Assembly: GCF_003334385.1 (NCBI RefSeq)
Contig: NZ_QOWN01000203.1
Source of the DNA: Escherichia coli
GTDB lineage: Bacteria > Pseudomonadota > Gammaproteobacteria > Enterobacterales > Enterobacteriaceae
Length of the DNA stretch: 328 nt
Strand: one strand, 5' to 3'
The notes beneath the pieces are model-generated. The model searched no databases and was not told where the DNA came from. It saw only the letters and a program-made list of their open reading frames with translations. Shown here in pieces: positions 1-328 of the stretch. Position numbers and translations under genes: made by a program. How positions within the stretch are numbered: position 1 is the stretch's first letter; each line of letters starts with the position of its first letter.

Positions 1-230
1 TGCACACCGGATTCCATCCCGCCATCGCGGGAACGCCGGGAAAGGACCACCACATTGCGGCGCAGTTTTCCCCTGCGCACCGGTGCCCGTGACACCACTT
101 CTTCTTTCAGTTCATTCGCCCCCGCGCGGGTTGCCTCACGCAGTACCCGGTTGTTTTCTGCACCACTCAGAAGCTGCAAATTACGGCTTATTTCTTCAAG
201 TCCCGAAAAATCCAGCAGGGTTTCGATCAT
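1..230 (-). CDS. Phage tail-component / head-tail joining protein, HK97 gp10 family (N-terminal 76 codons; 3' end lies beyond position 1)
   Basis: Minus-strand ORF starts at ATG (complement of 228-230) and stays open to the window edge. Translation: MIETLLDFSGLEEISRNLQLLSGAENNRVLREATRAGANELKEEVVSRAPVRRGKLRRNVVVLSRRSRDGGMESGV. The N-terminal 'gLeEl..L..L' stretch followed by 'RAPVRRGKLRRNV' matches my recollection of the HK97 gp10 family pattern (roughly 'aP.dTG.LrrSi'; Pfam PF04883 / TIGR01725). A GGGAGGGG Shine-Dalgarno sits 6 nt upstream of the ATG. Family assignment is from memory, not a search. Confidence 0.72.
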   Translation of the reverse strand, partial: MIETLLDFSGLEEISRNLQLLSGAENNRVLREATRAGANELKEEVVSRAPVRRGKLRRNVVVLSRRSRDGGMESGV

Positions 231-328
231 TTTTCCCCTCCCAGCCGACAGAGAATTTCCAGGCGCCCGCCGGTCGCATCCGGCACGGGCACCCCGACAA
301 CATTCAGGATACAGTCACGCCAGGGACC
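227..328 (-). CDS. C-terminal 33 codons plus stop of an upstream phage morphogenesis protein, possibly a head-tail adaptor / head closure protein (5' end lies beyond position 328)
   Basis: Minus-strand frame is open from the window edge (328) to TGA (complement of 227-229). Translation: GPWRDCILNVVGVPVPDATGGRLEILCRLGGEK*. The stop overlaps the downstream ATG (ATGA). The product name is inferred only from synteny, since head-tail adaptor genes commonly precede gp10-like genes in HK97-type clusters. I do not recognise the C-terminal sequence itself. Confidence 0.55.
   Translation of the reverse strand, partial: GPWRDCILNVVGVPVPDATGGRLEILCRLGGEK
235..242 (-). promoter_or_regulatory. Shine-Dalgarno ribosome-binding site for the gp10-like gene
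   Basis: Minus-strand sequence GGGAGGGG (complement of 235-242) lies 6 nt (after the GGAGG core) upstream of the ATG at 230-228, within the last codons of the upstream gene. Confidence 0.6.

Noticed and set aside
121-130. A perfect 10-bp GC palindrome, CCCGCGCGGG.
   Set aside because: It falls inside the gp10-like coding frame (codons for T-R-A-G), and short GC palindromes are frequent in GC-rich coding DNA. There is no flanking evidence for an operator, terminator or restriction-related role.
201-222. Homopolymer runs (AAAAA on the plus strand, read as TTTTT on the minus strand) near the start of the gp10-like gene, considered as a possible programmed frameshift site.
   Set aside because: The well-known phage tail frameshift is in the tail assembly chaperone genes further downstream, not in gp10-like genes. 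The run is not a canonical X XXY YYZ heptamer, and the zero frame stays open and family-like after it.
82-293. A 10-bp inverted repeat pair, GGTGCCCGTG at 82-91 and its reverse complement CACGGGCACC at 284-293, about 190 bp apart.
   Set aside because: Both copies lie inside coding sequence (SRAPV and GVPVP codons), with no adjacent terminal-repeat or target-site-duplication structure. A single 10-mer match in a GC-rich 328-bp window is plausibly chance, at a rough expectation of 0.05-0.1.
1-328. Plus-strand reading frames 1 and 2 contain no stop codons across the whole window, and the plus strand has no ATG at all.
   Set aside because: Long stop-free antisense frames are common opposite genuine genes in GC-rich DNA. 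With no ATG, no recognisable ribosome-binding site and a well-supported minus-strand gene pair that explains the region, these are most likely shadow ORFs. Only TTG or GTG starts would be possible.
1-328. The possibility that the window encodes a novel defence or other undescribed system.
   Set aside because: The whole window is accounted for by two overlapping phage structural gene fragments. Nothing in the sequence (repeats, unusual ORFs, RNA structure) supports a novel system, and claiming one would be unsupported.

Overview
This 328-bp window (about 59% GC by hand count) is the junction between two co-directional genes on the minus strand, and I see no evidence of a novel system in it. 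The downstream gene starts at ATG (complement of 228-230) and runs off the window at position 1; its first 76 residues resemble the N-terminus of the HK97 gp10 family of phage tail-component / head-tail joining proteins. The upstream gene enters at position 328 and ends at a TGA (complement of 227-229) that overlaps the downstream ATG in an ATGA arrangement, with a GGGAGGGG Shine-Dalgarno inside its last codons. That layout is typical of a translationally coupled morphogenesis operon in a tailed phage or prophage (HK97/lambda-like siphovirus architecture). No RNA genes, CRISPR repeats, mobile-element ends or convincing plus-strand genes are visible. All calls rest on manual translation and recalled family patterns; nothing was searched against a database.
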